A DNA stretch of 64,000 bases from Styela clava. Taxonomy: Eukaryota. Under the pieces are notes generated by a model that did no database searches, was not told where the DNA came from, and saw nothing but the letters and a program-made list of their open reading frames with translations. Shown here one piece after another: positions 29,501-42,772 of the stretch (positions within the stretch are counted from its first letter, which is position 1; the number at the start of each line of letters is the position of its first letter). A program made the translations under genes and the position numbers. The DNA lies in assembly GCF_964204865.1 (NCBI RefSeq), contig NC_135255.1:11098001-11162000 (forward strand), read 5' to 3'.

Positions 29501-32437
29501 TTGAATCATGTGGGTTATTATTATGCGCCATAAGTTGCATGACCGCAACTTATACAATTTCACTCAGCTATCGAATCTGATAAGCGGCATGAAATCCTTA
29601 TTATCCAAATTAGCTCAAATCTTCAGTTTTATGTTTTAGAATTGTGCAGGGGAAAATTCTGCATAATTCATGGAAAATAATTACCGGTACATGTTTATTT
29701 CATTTGGATTATTTTATTTCAGGGATTATATACAAGTAAGATTAAAAATGCATGGGTTATATTATGTACCTAAGGGCAAAATTGAGTCATCTTTTTCAAC
29801 TCTATTATCAACTTGTATTGTATATGTGTTACAGAAAATGAAAAAGATCTACCTTCTCAACTACCAGCTGATATTGTTGATGTTTTGAAATCGACAAATC
29901 TGCCTCTCACGAAAGAAACGAGGCGTTTATTTCAAGCACTAGCTGAGGTTGCTATATGACAAAATTTTAATATGTGTCAGCTTAGTTGTGTTCATCTTCT
30001 GTGGTGTAAATACCTGATTAAATAAGTTAGCTTCTTATTAAGTGCTACCATGTGATTTCGTGGTGCTCCCGAAGTATGCGAACCAAGATGGCGGACATCG
30101 GATCGTAACATGGGTAACAGGTTAGGGTTAGGCGATAATTTTTTTCCAATTTTCCTTATTTTAGTCCTATTATCAGTTCGAAAACTAGCCAAGAGCCTCC
30201 CGTATACCTAAAATTATGGCCTAACTCTAACCTAGTACACATATTACATTCCGATGTCCGCCATCTTGGTTCGCATACTTCGTGAGCCCCGATTTCGTTT
30301 TTGATAATTTTATGCAAAAAACATTTACTCTATTCCAATAGTGTGATAGTCTTCAAAATATCTTTTGCGTAAAATAATGGCACCTATTGTTTCTGTGAAT
30401 TATAATAAATTTAAATTATGATATTATGAATCTATTTCACTGTTTGTATACTATTTCTGAATAACAAAGTGCAATTCAATTAAAAATTTGAAATCTTTAA
30501 TCTGTCAAAATGAATGTAGTCATTTAAGCTTTTTACCTTCACTAGTCTGTGCTTTCATCACAGAATGAACAAAAAGACAGAAAGATTTGGTCAAAACTGG
30601 AGAAAAAAGCCGAATCCATGATGGAAAAGTTTGAACAATTGCAGCAAAGTATTTTTAATGCTAAGAAAGAATCAGAAGATAGGAGAGATAAGATTCTAAA
30701 AGAAATGTACATTGTTCTCACAGATCAGAATGTTAGTATAAGTTTTATATAAATTAGGATTGAATCCTTATTGATGCTATTTTTTTTGCCTCTTATTTTC
30801 AAGCTAGTGAAGATATTATGGTGGTTTGCAATAATTAGATGTTTTATTTTTTAGCAGTTGCAATAATGATATCGATTAATTTTTTTTTTTAAATATACCT
30901 TAAGAGAATATGCAAGACTTGGCAAACCTGATGATTGTGACAGTGTTATTTGATGATAGGAAGCGCTATGTCTGTACTTACAGTTAAAAAGTGTGTCCTG
31001 ACCACCCTTGTTCACTCCGATCGTTTCAGTGGATCTCTTTACTTTTAACTGAGCTCAATGCAGATTCTTAAAAAAATTTGAATCACATCTTCCAGATAAT
31101 TTTGGGATACACTTAATCCATTATTTTGTCAAATTTTATTTATTATCAACATACAACTATTAATTTTTTTTTATCTAATTTCTGTTTTCTTTCAGCATTA
31201 TGTTCCGAATCACTCCACATCCCATCTTGTGAAGACCTTGGATGGTAGGTTTATTAACTTTTTTTTATATATAGGTCAAATTTTGAATATTTAATTATGC
31301 ATCAGGCATATGTCAATAAGTTGGTATTAACATTATTGGTCTTTATATGAACAAATGTTGAGTACTTTAAGCCCTAATATTTCTCTTTATTATCAAAATG
31401 TTGAAAATGTGAGACACGTCCAAACTAAAAAATCAAACTTACATTTTTGAGATGTTAAATTTTGGAGTTTGTGTAAATGTTGAGACCTAGTTATTTGATT
31501 CACTTTAATTTATTCGACGAAGGTTGATCTGCAAATTATAAATCTAAAGTGTATTGTATAGTGGAAGGGGCCATGTTGTATGCTTTTTACAGAAAATTAC
31601 CATGTGACAGCCCGATAGATTTCCATTATGTCCTCTTTCATTTTTCAAGCAGAAAAAAAATTTTGTGAAGATATCCATGAAGAAGAAGATGACGAAGTAC
31701 CTGAAATATGTGGGGCCTGTGGGAATCCAGCAAATAGTGAATGCACTGGATGTAGAAAAGCAACATACTGTTCTACGGAATGTCAAGAAATGGTGGGTCA
31801 GGGGTCATAATGATTTTTCAAACAATCTTATGCTGCTATCGAGAACATTGACATATTGCTGTTACTTGAACATACGACTAAACTATAGAATAGATTAAAT
31901 CCAAGTATTTTAAAAACTAAATGTTTGTTGGAGAAGGTTCACTGATAATTTGAATGGTGTAAATTTGAATCCCAATACCAGATTGTCGAGGATAACAAGA
32001 GTATGTTTTTGAGTCACCCTCTCCAATGGAATCATTGTTAGTTGGTTGAATCGCTTTTATTGTCATGGACTCATGACCAACTTTAAAAAGCAACTTACTC
32101 TCTCTTGGACTGATGGCCCCCGTCGTTCACAACAATTATTACTCTAAAACACTGGTTCTCAAACTAGTGTGGCCCCTTATTAAAATTTGTCAAGTCTCCT
32201 ACCCAACCTGAAAAATAACTAGCTAACAATGAGCTACAAATAACAGATAGTAAGGCGAAAGTATACGGTATTTTATTCAAAAATACCTCGACAGTTGGCG
32301 GAAAGGTAAAAAACAAGCCCTAGTTAGCATATTATATTTAACTGTTTCAGGATTGGAACCGGGGACACAGAGATGTATGCAGAAGCCTTGCAAATCAAGA
32401 TTCGAATAGCAGCACTAACACTGAGATACAGATGTGA
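23563..32437 (+). CDS. DEAF1: DEAF1-like transcription factor (SAND domain + C-terminal MYND zinc finger), about 13 exons
   Basis: SAND: LYKNKLGSGRKGKCIKF..WYTPSEFE..KDWKRSLRYGGR..PHAATCTC (26107-26248, 27595-27800); TGPV..RRKR NLS (28783-); MYND CGACGNPANSECTGCRKATYCSTECQ|DW..HRDVC (31651-31792, 32351-32437); N-terminal exon boundaries less certain. Confidence 0.9.
25495..25604. mobile_element. Palindromic MITE, GG..CC family, copy 1
   Basis: Arms ...AAGTATGTGCACCAAGATGGCGCACAACCTGAAC / GTTCAGGTTGTGCGCCATCTTGGTGCACATACTT; TSD (A/C)AAATATT. Confidence 0.85.
26592..26908. mobile_element. hAT MITE in a DEAF1 intron
   Basis: TIR CAGGGCTACTCAACT / AGTTGAGTAGCCCTG; perfect TSD CTGTAGAC. Confidence 0.92.
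27968..28288. mobile_element. Older hAT MITE; related partial copy at about 32150-32290
   Basis: Ends (G)AGTGGTTCTCCAAC / GTTCGAGAACCACTG; shared internal TACAAATAACAGATAGTAAGGCGAA; TSD not clear. Confidence 0.65.
30062..30290. mobile_element. Palindromic MITE, GG..CC family, longer variant
   Basis: GGTGCTCCCGAAGTATGCGAACCAAGATGGCGGACATCGGA / TCCGATGTCCGCCATCTTGGTTCGCATACTTCGTGAGCCCC; perfect TSD GATTTCGT; internal GGTTAGGGTTAGG. Confidence 0.88.
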
Positions 32438-33941
32438 ATAAATAATGTTATCTTGGTACAATGAAAGTCAAGGGAGTGTTGAGTCGACTCCAGAATGTGC
32501 TAAAATTTCAATCACTCAAATGACTCTATGTTCAATCAAAAACTGAATTTTTGTGCAAAAACAACGAATTTATTTTTAAAAGACAAGTTTCATCACAATA
32601 ATATTATACAATAACTTTTCCCTCGATGAATAGTTACAATCAGCTTAGCATTCAATTAGCCATTTGTAATGAAGTGACGTTTTTTTCTTATAGAAATAGT
32701 CATGTACGAATCCCAGTAATAGATACCAAAGGCTTTGTTATATTTGCTGTAATCTTAATTTGTTATATCTGGATTCTCATCTCAATCATGTTTTAATAAA
32801 TTGCATTACACTTTGCAGATAAAGATTGTGTGTTGTTGTTGTTGTTTAGTATTATTTAGTTGGATGTTGGAATAATATGAGTGGCTTTGCAATGTTAGCC
32901 CAATAGCAAATCCGGTAAGAATTGTGCATTGTATATGTACATGAGCCCTCTGTTTTCCTAAGCGTGGAATACTATTTCCATAAGTAATCTCTCAGTGCTT
33001 TTTCTGAAAAGTTCACTTCGAAAATACATTTGACTTTAATTCTAAAACCAAATATATTTCTTCTTTTCCGACGAAAAAGCTCAATTCGCGAATTTCGCAG
33101 ACTATGGTCTGCAAGCATAGGAAGTCTGTCGATCTTATCGACGCCTACAATAGGATGAGGGGTTTTTAAACCTTCTATAGACCCTAAATCAAAACTTTAT
33201 CGACTGAATCAGATAATATTTCAATATTCAATAATAATCAACATTCGTTTCACCTAAGACGTCCCATGAATGTATGTTGATTGTCCCGCCAGGCTTTAGT
33301 TTAGATACACAGGAGATATCTGGATGCCGGAAACAATTCCGTATGTCCCGTGATTGAAACAAGCTAACGTTGGTTGCGCAAACAAGGTAATCAACTTCAA
33401 AATAATTAATACATCGTATTATGAACTGATTTTCATTAGATTAGTCAAAGATCCAATTATTTTTATGCCTTTGTGCAGATGGGCAGGCTTGAAACAGGCA
33501 AATGTTATACAACGCTATCTTTTAAATTCGATGAAAGTCAACTGCTACGCAGCTCTAGTTTTTTTGCCAGTAATATTTTATGAACGTATATATATTAATA
33601 TATTTAAAAAACATATATACTTTACTTTTACTGATTCTTCATTATTATGTTTAATTATTGAATATTTGGGTATACGGAACTGATTGAACGTAGATTAGTT
33701 TTGATTTCAAAAGAGATTATATTCATTCATGCTATAGGTAATGCACACCAAGTTATAAAATAAATAAAAGTATTGTATCCAACATTAATTGCATTCAGTC
33801 ACGTAAAAGACCAAGTTGATAACGCTTCGAAATGAAAGTTCGATTTTTTGTGGAATCCCCATAGGGCCAGGGAAATAATTGATCGTCCACAATAGTGTGA
33901 AAGAAAAACGCAAAAGAGAAATTAATTGTCTGTAGAATACG

Positions 33942-35687
33942 ATGGACGGACGAATAATCAAAGTCAGCAGTGTAAGTTTATTATTGTAAACGTATGTTTA
34001 GATATACCATCTTTAGCAGTGATGGTAAAGTTCATTCATTTTCATAGCGAAACCTAAGTGATTTACGCTATTTTATTACACTACAGATCATGAGATATTC
34101 ACTCGCAAATAGAATAAATAGTTTAATTTGAAAGTTAGTAATCTAGAATATTGCCTTGGTAAACATTATGGAAACTACTGTACCTACTGATGATTTGCAC
34201 TTGGAGGTAACAGAATGTTTGGTGTGCGATAAGCACGATGAACTACACGTCGAGGAAGATGTCCAGTAAGTAAAGGATAATAATATACGGTTTGCTTTCC
34301 CGCAGATTATAAGCTGGGTGCAACAAATACAGATTAACTACGTTATCCTTTTGTAATAGTATTGAGTCTTGTTTGAGATTTTAATTTTTTTTTTTTTTCA
34401 AGGATTTGTGGAAAATAAAGAGCAGTCTAAATGGAGTTTGCTAAGAATTAAAACAGGCTGTATTTGTACTGCAGTTAGTACATTACGAATCCTATAACCA
34501 CCAATGGGAGGGCGTCTATATTAAATATTTGGTGCTCCCAAAGTATTCGTACCAAGATGGCGCACAACCTAAAGATATATATGTACCAGGTCATGGGTTT
34601 CAGGTTGTGCGTCATCTTGTTAGGAATACTTCCCGAGCGCCAAATATTTGACTTGGTATATAACATATATAATTTAATTTATATATCATTGTACTTCAGC
34701 AAAATCTTACCGTGGGTGCTAGTGCCTCTCGCTCTTGTATCTGCTGGATTATTCATGCTATATTGTTGGAAGAAAGTCAGAGTAACAGGAGGGCAGGACC
34801 AAGTTTTAGCTGACAACGTTGTGGATAGCTTCAGGCCTATTTTACCACCCACACAACCGCGAATTTGTAATGTAAGTATTTGGAGCACTGGGATTTACCC
34901 AATGTTGCCAGTCTTTTGAGTATTAATGACACTGAGATACATGTGACATGCCCTGTTTATGGCCCATTCTTATTTATCTATTTATTCAATATATTTCGTC
35001 CAAATGTCACCCGTGTTTTGCTCTTGTAATAAATTAAATTTATTTCCATTCGCATTCATCTCTTATTCTTAATACTTGAAAAGTAGCCTCTAGTTAACCG
35101 TTAAGCATTATGATCACCCAAGTTGCTCATCATTTTCATGTAGTAACGGACACTGTTTGTCTATTCTTTATGTTTCTTATGTTTCATCCAACTATTTACC
35201 ACGTGAGAACCGCTGGGTGACTAAAATAAATTTTCATTTCATGTTGTGTGATGAATATAGTAGCCTACCGTGTGTATTTAATATAGGCCTACTCTGCTCA
35301 GTTTTTATTTTATTTGTCTTTTTTGCGCATACACATTTTCTCCATATCCAGTCTTAAAATGGTATTTTAATTTTACCTAGTTAATTCCATAGTATAAGTA
35401 ACTAAGTGCATTCTTGGCGACCATGACTTATCGAGTGCGATATCTGCCCGGCCAGGTTATGACCTATGCGTGCACGCTCAATGCTCGTCTATTTAGATCC
35501 AATTTTTCGATCCAAAGATAGATATGATTATATGTATTTTCATATCAACAACATTGACAACAATCAAAACAATTCACTGACTTTCATATCTTCATCAACT
35601 CATTATATTTTCCAGGTAAAAGTTCATGAAGTAAATGAAAACGCAGTTAACAAATCAAAGCTCCAGAACAGGGAGTTGGCATCATAA
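33942..35687 (+). CDS. Putative orphan 130-aa single-pass membrane protein (exons 33942-33971, 34147-34265, 34700-34871, 35616-35687)
   Basis: Strong GTAAGT donors and phase-consistent acceptors give a 393-nt ORF with TM segment ILPWVLVPLALVSAGLFMLYCW followed by KKVR; no homology recognised. Confidence 0.6.
34531..34641. mobile_element. Palindromic MITE, GG..CC family, copy 3
   Basis: GGTGCTCCCAAAGTATTCGTACCAAGATGGCGCACAACCT ... AGGTTGTGCGTCATCTTG..GAGCGCC; perfect TSD AAATATTT. Confidence 0.88.
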
Positions 35688-37142
35688 AATCGACATCACG
35701 ATACCTACGCTTTACAATCAGGATGACAAAAATGTTTCTTCGTCTGTTTAATTTTTCTTTTTTGTTCAATTTTTTTCTCTGCACTATAATCATTATACTC
35801 AAGTTTTTCTCATTCCACATTTACACACAGTTTGTCTGATGAAATCCCGAGTGCAAATAGACGTACCCACTTAGACGTACGAAATGTACATCTGGTTTGA
35901 CATTGTTTACATTTTTATTGCGCACCCCATGTTTCTTGCAATATCTGATATGCGACTAAACTAACCATAGTTAGTAATTAAGTTGAAATTGGATTGTTTC
36001 AGTTTCATCATTACAGTGATTTACATTTATGAAATATTATTCTTATAACAATGTATGAATTTACCTCATTTTTCGATGCTGCTGTCTATTTACTTAATCT
36101 CATCGTTAACACGACAGCAGAAACTATCTTTGGAAATAAGAATTGAAAATATAAATAAAATCTTGTTTTACGATACAAATGGTGATGCCAGAAAATGAAC
36201 GATAGCACAGAAGATTTAGCTTTTTTTACGCCATATACTATAAAATAATTGAATGAACCGATGACATCTTTCTGCGTGAATTTCCATATTCATACGAATG
36301 AAACATTATAAATAACTTGTCAATGATTGAGTTTTATTGTAATCGATAATACATTCTTTATATTTGGGGAAGAATTGTGGTCCGTGATAATTGTATTCGA
36401 ATCTGTTTATTTAAACACATTTTAAAAGTTTAATTTTTTCGTAACAGTATTTGATTAAGTGTCGAATTGTTAATTATTTATACTTATTCTCTTTTCTGTC
36501 ATGCTGTTACATTGTATATCCATTTTTACAATATAATGTTACTTTATCAACTTCTGAGATGAAGTTTTGCGATTTGTCGTGAAAGTCATTTCGCCAGTTA
36601 AATATAAGTTTAAATCGGCGCTGCAAACGTTCGAGACCGAAGTAAACAGAACCATATTACAGAGCATTGGATCTGACCCCTACACTACACCCTCAAGGAC
36701 TTGCTATCGAATTGCGGTGTTTTTATCTTGAACTTTTGTTTATAAATTTCAACAAAATGACCTAGTACATAACATAATATTGAAGAATGTTATTGAAGAA
36801 GTCTTGAGGGTCTAAAAAGTGTTTTAAGCTGCGAAAAATTGATATGTATGATACAAAATATGTCTTTTTTACACTTACCCCCCCCCCCCCCTGACTACGC
36901 ACCTGTCAGTGATAGACGGCGCAAAATCAAGGGATTAGCGATTAGCGAGTATCAATGATCGTTGGTTATTTACAATAGGATACCACGCACTGAACAGACA
37001 CACGACTTCCTGCAATTGTACGCTTCTTAGTATAAGTCGAACCATATGTTACTGCTATCCAGCTGTAAACGTCGATTACGTTATATCGTGTTATACTGAA
37101 GTTTCAATTAGGTTTTGATTGTTGACGAAAGGGGACTGCACA

Positions 37143-40100
37143 ATGGTACGAGGATTATTTTGTCTGTGGCTCGTGTATGCCATTTTTCTATTGCTAACCA
37201 AAGCCGATGACAATGAAGATAGAAAAAAAGGAGCCTACATGGAAAGTAATGCTTTTACCTTTATTACATAGGAATGGGAAAGTACCAGTTGTAGAAAAAA
37301 AAGACCCTGTTATAATTTCTATAAGATAACAATAAGTGATTGCAGTTAGTATATTCGCTCGGTAGGTAAATCAAATTTAACGAAAGTTAATATAATCATC
37401 AAAATGTTCTAATCTGGCGATCATATATTTATTATACTATTATATGGAAACATATATATATAATCCCCATAAGGCCATCTAAACTCATTCTGGGGAATGA
37501 AATCCGACGAGATGCAAGGGGTTCAAAGGTGTATGTTGTTGAGCGGTTATCCGCTTGTTTCTATTCATTTTTTTAACCTGTTCAAGTCAGCACTGTTTAT
37601 TATGATAACAGCAATCCGGAATCAGTTGAAGACCTATGTATCACCTTCATCGGTTGACTTTTTCTCCGATATTTTGGCTAAAAAAATATACACAAATTAT
37701 GAGTTCAAAGTTGTTTTGCCACCGAAAGGTACACAATGCTATTTTCAAGAAGTGAAGAAAATGGTCTCATTGCAATTCGAATTTCAGGTTAGAATACTAT
37801 TAATTTCCAGTTTTATCTGACGTATTTCGAGAGTCGATATTATAAAAAGTAATTTGAATAAAGACAAGAGAGCTATGCTCAAATATATGGACACGTAGCG
37901 CCACCCAATGGCAATAATTTTGATGACGTCATAGCGAAAAAAAAGTAATAGCCTTCTGGTCCAGTATTCGAAGAGAAAAGCGATTTTTTAAAAATGATGG
38001 AGACAAATAATAACAATAACAACATAATCTTGAAACGATCGTTATGTCCACTACGTGTCCGAAAAAGCATCCTGCACCCGTGCTTTTGCGTTGTATTTAG
38101 TTAATGGATGTTGTGAAGACAATGAAATTATGAATCGAGTTATTAATGTACGTTGGTTGATGATTATACTTCTTGGCCGATATGGAAATAGCGGGACTAG
38201 TTGTATTCATCAACTCAAATATTACAATACATATTGTTTAGGGAAGAAATAGCCTATTTTAGATGCAATGAATGTAGATGAAAGTTGCGAGAAATCGCCG
38301 GTATCTAGTGTTATGACAATAAATAATTAACATGGCGAATAAAACTGCATATTTAAGGAGTTTGCATTAAATCCCACTTTTCATTCTCAACATTATTTTG
38401 ACTGCCATTTCCTCTAACTTTCAGTGTGTCTCAGCACCTAGTTTCAGGGGTGAACCAGTAGTATCCGCATGGATTTCTCATTTACAAACAGGTAAAACGG
38501 TACAAACTGTCGACGAGCAGAGAAAGGGAGAAATGCAACTGGCTGTGAAGGAAGTCGGTTAGTTATTTTACGTATTCGTTAAAAATCAGCATGAAAACAT
38601 CCATTTGAAAGATGTGCAAAATGCAAGTCAACACAGGGTCTTGCTATAACACGTTTTATTATTAAATTTAAAAATAATTAGATGATTTCAAAATCGAATC
38701 GAATATTTTTTCGAATTGATTCGATATTTAAATTAATACAACGACGTAATTGTATGTGACCTATTTGTTGTAACGGGTTTTTCAGACACTTAAATTACTA
38801 ATAACATAGAATGCATCGCTCTGTCAGTTCGCTGAGTTGTCACCCACAAAAAGAAATGTTTCAATAACTCACGAGGAACAAAAGAGTGATATGTCACATG
38901 CATTTTAAAAATATGGCTTCAATAAAAAATTTGAGTAGTTCGCCTTGACCTTCGGCGGACAAAAAAAACGGCGATTCGAAATTTTCGTCTGAACCGATTC
39001 GAAATGCCTAGCCCCAAATTTGGTGATCCCGAAGTATTCGTACAAAGATGGCACACAACCTGAACATAGCATGTGTAACAAACAGGATAGGGTTGTTCAG
39101 GTTGTGCGTCATCTTAGAACGAATACTCTCGGAGCGCCCTAAATTTGATAGGTAAACGATATAGCGTATAGCCTATAGTACTAACTATAAATTTGAAGGA
39201 AAACTACGGCATAAAAATGGTTTGTTGTATTTTGTTACATCTGAAACTATATAGGAATATCTTCTAAAACAAACATTTAGCCAAGTGCTGGTATAATTGA
39301 AAAGTACTTGCAGAAACCACAAAAACTTCTGTATTTTGTATATTTCAAAATTGCACAGAAATATCTTTATTTTCCTGCTTTTACTGAAAGATTAATTATG
39401 TTTTAGACGCACGAAACATGCGTGATAGACCTTCATACCACCATGTCATATTAACAAAGTTAACAATCTGTTTTAAACCCATGTCAGGTACTTACGGATT
39501 TTGCGTGGAAAATAAGGGGCGAGATCCTAGATTTGTACAACTCTCATTTGAAATGCTAAACACGGGTGATATACCGAGATTTCATTTGGAGAATCAAGCT
39601 GGGAATGATTCTATGTATCACATATACGTGAGTAGGAAATAATAGTTGAGAACATTTAGTTTGTAATTTGTAAATGAATTGATTTACATTGAAATAAGGC
39701 TTTACCTATAAAACAAAAATGACGTATATATTTGGCAAGTTTTGCCCAATGTTTTAGCATAGTAAGAAATGTAAATACTTTGGTTAACGAATTGACGTTG
39801 TTATGGATGTATTCGGTCACCGTAGATTTAGTACAAGCTACCGGTATGTAAGAAGCTACTATATTCTTAGAATAACCTGTTTGGCTTGAATAGCCAATTT
39901 ATTACACTATGAGCATGAGATTTGAACACGAGCTATCAAACTTGTAATGCCAACATAGCCAAGTCCGACCTTTCAAGAACCAAAATTTTTTAAGTTATAG
40001 CCTATAGCACAGCGGTTCCCAACCTTTTTTATGTCGCGGCACACTATTGAGCTATTCAAATATTCGCAGCACACCTATCACAAAACAGGAACATTTCCTA

Positions 40101-42243
40101 CTCATGAAGTCAAACTACCCCGTATTTAAAGTGGATGGTTAATAGTTACCGATATAATAACTGATTTTTTAAAATATTTTACACGAGACCCACCTTCGGA
40201 GCACCTCACATTATTGTAAAAGATGCGCGGCCGCACTGGTAAATACGTGACGCTAATACGCATTGATTTTTTTCTCGCCCTTCCCCGTTCCACGTTACGC
40301 CCTATTATTATAACAGGTGTTCTCACTCTTGCACAACCTATTTCAGAGATATGAAAGTGGCAAACAAACCGTATTTCATTATGACAATTAATTATTATGG
40401 CTAAAAACACTAAATAAGTGTTACCGATGGACGAATCTTTTTACGTTATGAATTTCGTGCAAGGCTCGACTATAATTTGATGGCAAAGATCGTCGCATTT
40501 AGTATGTCGAAACGCTTATTCGACTTTTCAGACCGCAGAAACTATCCAAAAAATAACCGTTTTTGTGTTCGAGATATGAAATAATCGTCAATTTCACCAC
40601 ACTTTCGTGAAATAATGCAATTTAATAAATGTAATGAAGGTTTTATTATTAAGTTTCATTGCATCAGTGTTTATGCTACCGCGCGTTTCGCCAGACAACT
40701 GGCATGATTACCGATCGCAAGAGTGGGCAAAATAGAATATTTCTATCCAATCGAATAATTAGAATATTTTTAACTAATTGTCGAATATCGGGTATATTTA
40801 ATTCACATACAACATGCTTCCAGAATGCTGGGCATTCTAATGTTGGTGAGCCTATTACGCCCGTCCTCTCTTTTTTTACAAAGACTACTTCTTACGCAAC
40901 GTTTGGTTTTATATTTCTGGGAGAACAGTGCGTTCATATGGGCGACATATATCAAAGACGGCTATTAAATAATGAATTCGGGATTTTATTCTGATTTTTA
41001 ACTTTTACGCCGTTTTGATCTCTCAACCCACCGATTGTAAATAGTCATTGCGTGAATTCCTTAATGTTATATTGAGTTTAAATAAAAATTCGAAAAATCA
41101 CCAATAATGGCAATATTTACGATTCTACTAGTCAAATGATAATTCCTTGGTCAAATTTAGGAAAATTTTGCACAATAATTTGTTACCTAGTTTGACTTTT
41201 TCAATTTTACGAAACGGTGTTGGCGTGCATTATGTAAAACATAAAATTAAAACAATATCCAAATACCTGGAATCCGTCTCCTCAAATTTGTCGTTTCTCT
41301 CGTTAGCAAGAGCCTAGGGGTAATATTTGTGGAATTCAAAAGATTGGAAATTGGAATCACTTGAAAAAAATTCAAAAATGAAATTTCTCCGCGGCACACC
41401 AAAATCTGTTTGCGCACACTATCGTGCCGCGGCACCCTGGTTGGGAACCACTGCTATAGCGTAATCCCTATTAAATTCGTACAGTAATACGAATAAGCAT
41501 GTGATGATACCAAATCAAATAACAGTATCAATTACCCGAAATGAGGAACCCCACGAAAAGATTCGTTCCATCGAATAACGTTATTTTTATACCGCAACAG
41601 GACGGGCTCTTTCAAGTAACGCGTGATGTAAGAATAATGAGATCAGCAATGATGCATACACGGTCGATTGTCAGATATGATTACTCAATGACCACATCGA
41701 ATCTCAGTATGGTCAACAACTTTTCAATCTTGTCACTGATATTGATTTTTACAGTCTGTGGAATTCAGGTTGGTGAAAATAAAATTCAGGAGATATATTT
41801 GCATTAAATTTCATAGGATGTAAAAGATATTGCTCAAATAGATAGATATATGAAGATGATATATATATCTATTTTTAATGACTTGGATTTTAGAACAATA
41901 TTAGGATAGACATTAACAGGTTTTAACATATATACACACATTGTCTGAGTGTAAATGAAAATGCATAATTAATTACCATACATTAAGTATAGAGGTTAGG
42001 GTAACTCTTCTATAATTATAAAATTAATTCTAAGCATTGAACCCGCTGTTTTGTAGAGGAGGAGGCCATTCAAATGGTGATTGCGGCCGTATTCCTAACA
42101 TAATCTTGTGTTTATAAACGAATGTATGACTTGTAACATGAATTGATATGATACCTCGTGTCTCGCGTATTCCTAAAATACAATTTACTTCACAGATTCA
42201 TATGGTAAAGAAGATGTTTGGTACACCAAAAATCGGCGTTTGA
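37143..42243 (+). CDS. p24/TMED-family GOLD-domain cargo receptor (exons 37143-37245, 37612-37787, 38425-38557, 39488-39627, 41601-41768, 42196-42243)
   Basis: Signal peptide; FKVVLPPKGTQCYFQ and GTYGFCVEN (the two GOLD cysteines); coiled-coil-like region; TM segment ending GIQIHMVKKMF. Confidence 0.85.
39022..39138. mobile_element. Palindromic MITE, GG..CC family, copy 4
   Basis: Same arms as the copies at 25495 and 34531; TSD CCAAATTT/CTAAATTT. Confidence 0.82.
40010..41453. mobile_element. Non-autonomous hAT element in a TMED intron
   Basis: TIR CAGCGGTTCCCAACC / GGTTGGGAACCACTG; TSD CTATAGCA/CTATAGCG. Confidence 0.88.
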
Positions 42244-42694
42244 TAACTAACGAAGCTTTGCAGAAGTCTGGAGCAACAAATGTACTTTCTCTTGTCATAT
42301 TTTTAAAACTCGAGAATAGATTAACCAGATGAATAGCGACCACTGATGTTTGATCGTTAATATTAAACTTAATATTTGGTTTGCGACATGAGACTGAGAT
42401 TTATGCATCAATGCGATCAAATCAAAGTTAAAAAGCGTTCTGAAACAGAATATGGGGGTAGAGGGGATTTTAATAAAAGCGAAGTTATTGTTACGCGAGC
42501 TCTAAATATTAACTATATATGTATGTCTACACGTCTTTTCGTTAGATCCATAGAGGAAATTCTTAGACAAACTTGCCGATACGCTTCGTTCTATACATAT
42601 GTATATTGAATAATCGTGAACCGGCAACGAAATTGAGCCCGCTGAAAATATCACACTTTTGATGGCTCCACAACCACGACTGAACATCCGATAA

Positions 42695-42772
42695 CTGGTA
42701 ACCGGACGAGTGTCGCTGTTCCTACATGATTAAGCCGTCTTATCGGATTTCTTCTCCCCTTCGATAAATATG
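42695..42772 (+). mobile_element. 3' fragment of the tRNA-derived SINE
   Basis: GGTAACCGGACGAG..AAGCCGTCTTATCGG..TCCCC..GATAAATATGT matches the SINE 3' body. Confidence 0.7.

Noticed and set aside
30119-30133. Interstitial telomere repeat GGTTAGGGTTAGG
   Set aside because: Only two units, and part of the MITE interior
33942-33965. Peptide MDGRIIKV shared between the orphan gene start and an ESCO2 internal exon (about 46560-46583)
   Set aside because: Codons differ at most synonymous positions and similarity does not extend; treated as coincidence
34403-34470. Extra exon after a long poly-T acceptor in the orphan gene
   Set aside because: In the incoming phase it hits a stop after 5 codons; skipping to 34700 keeps the frame
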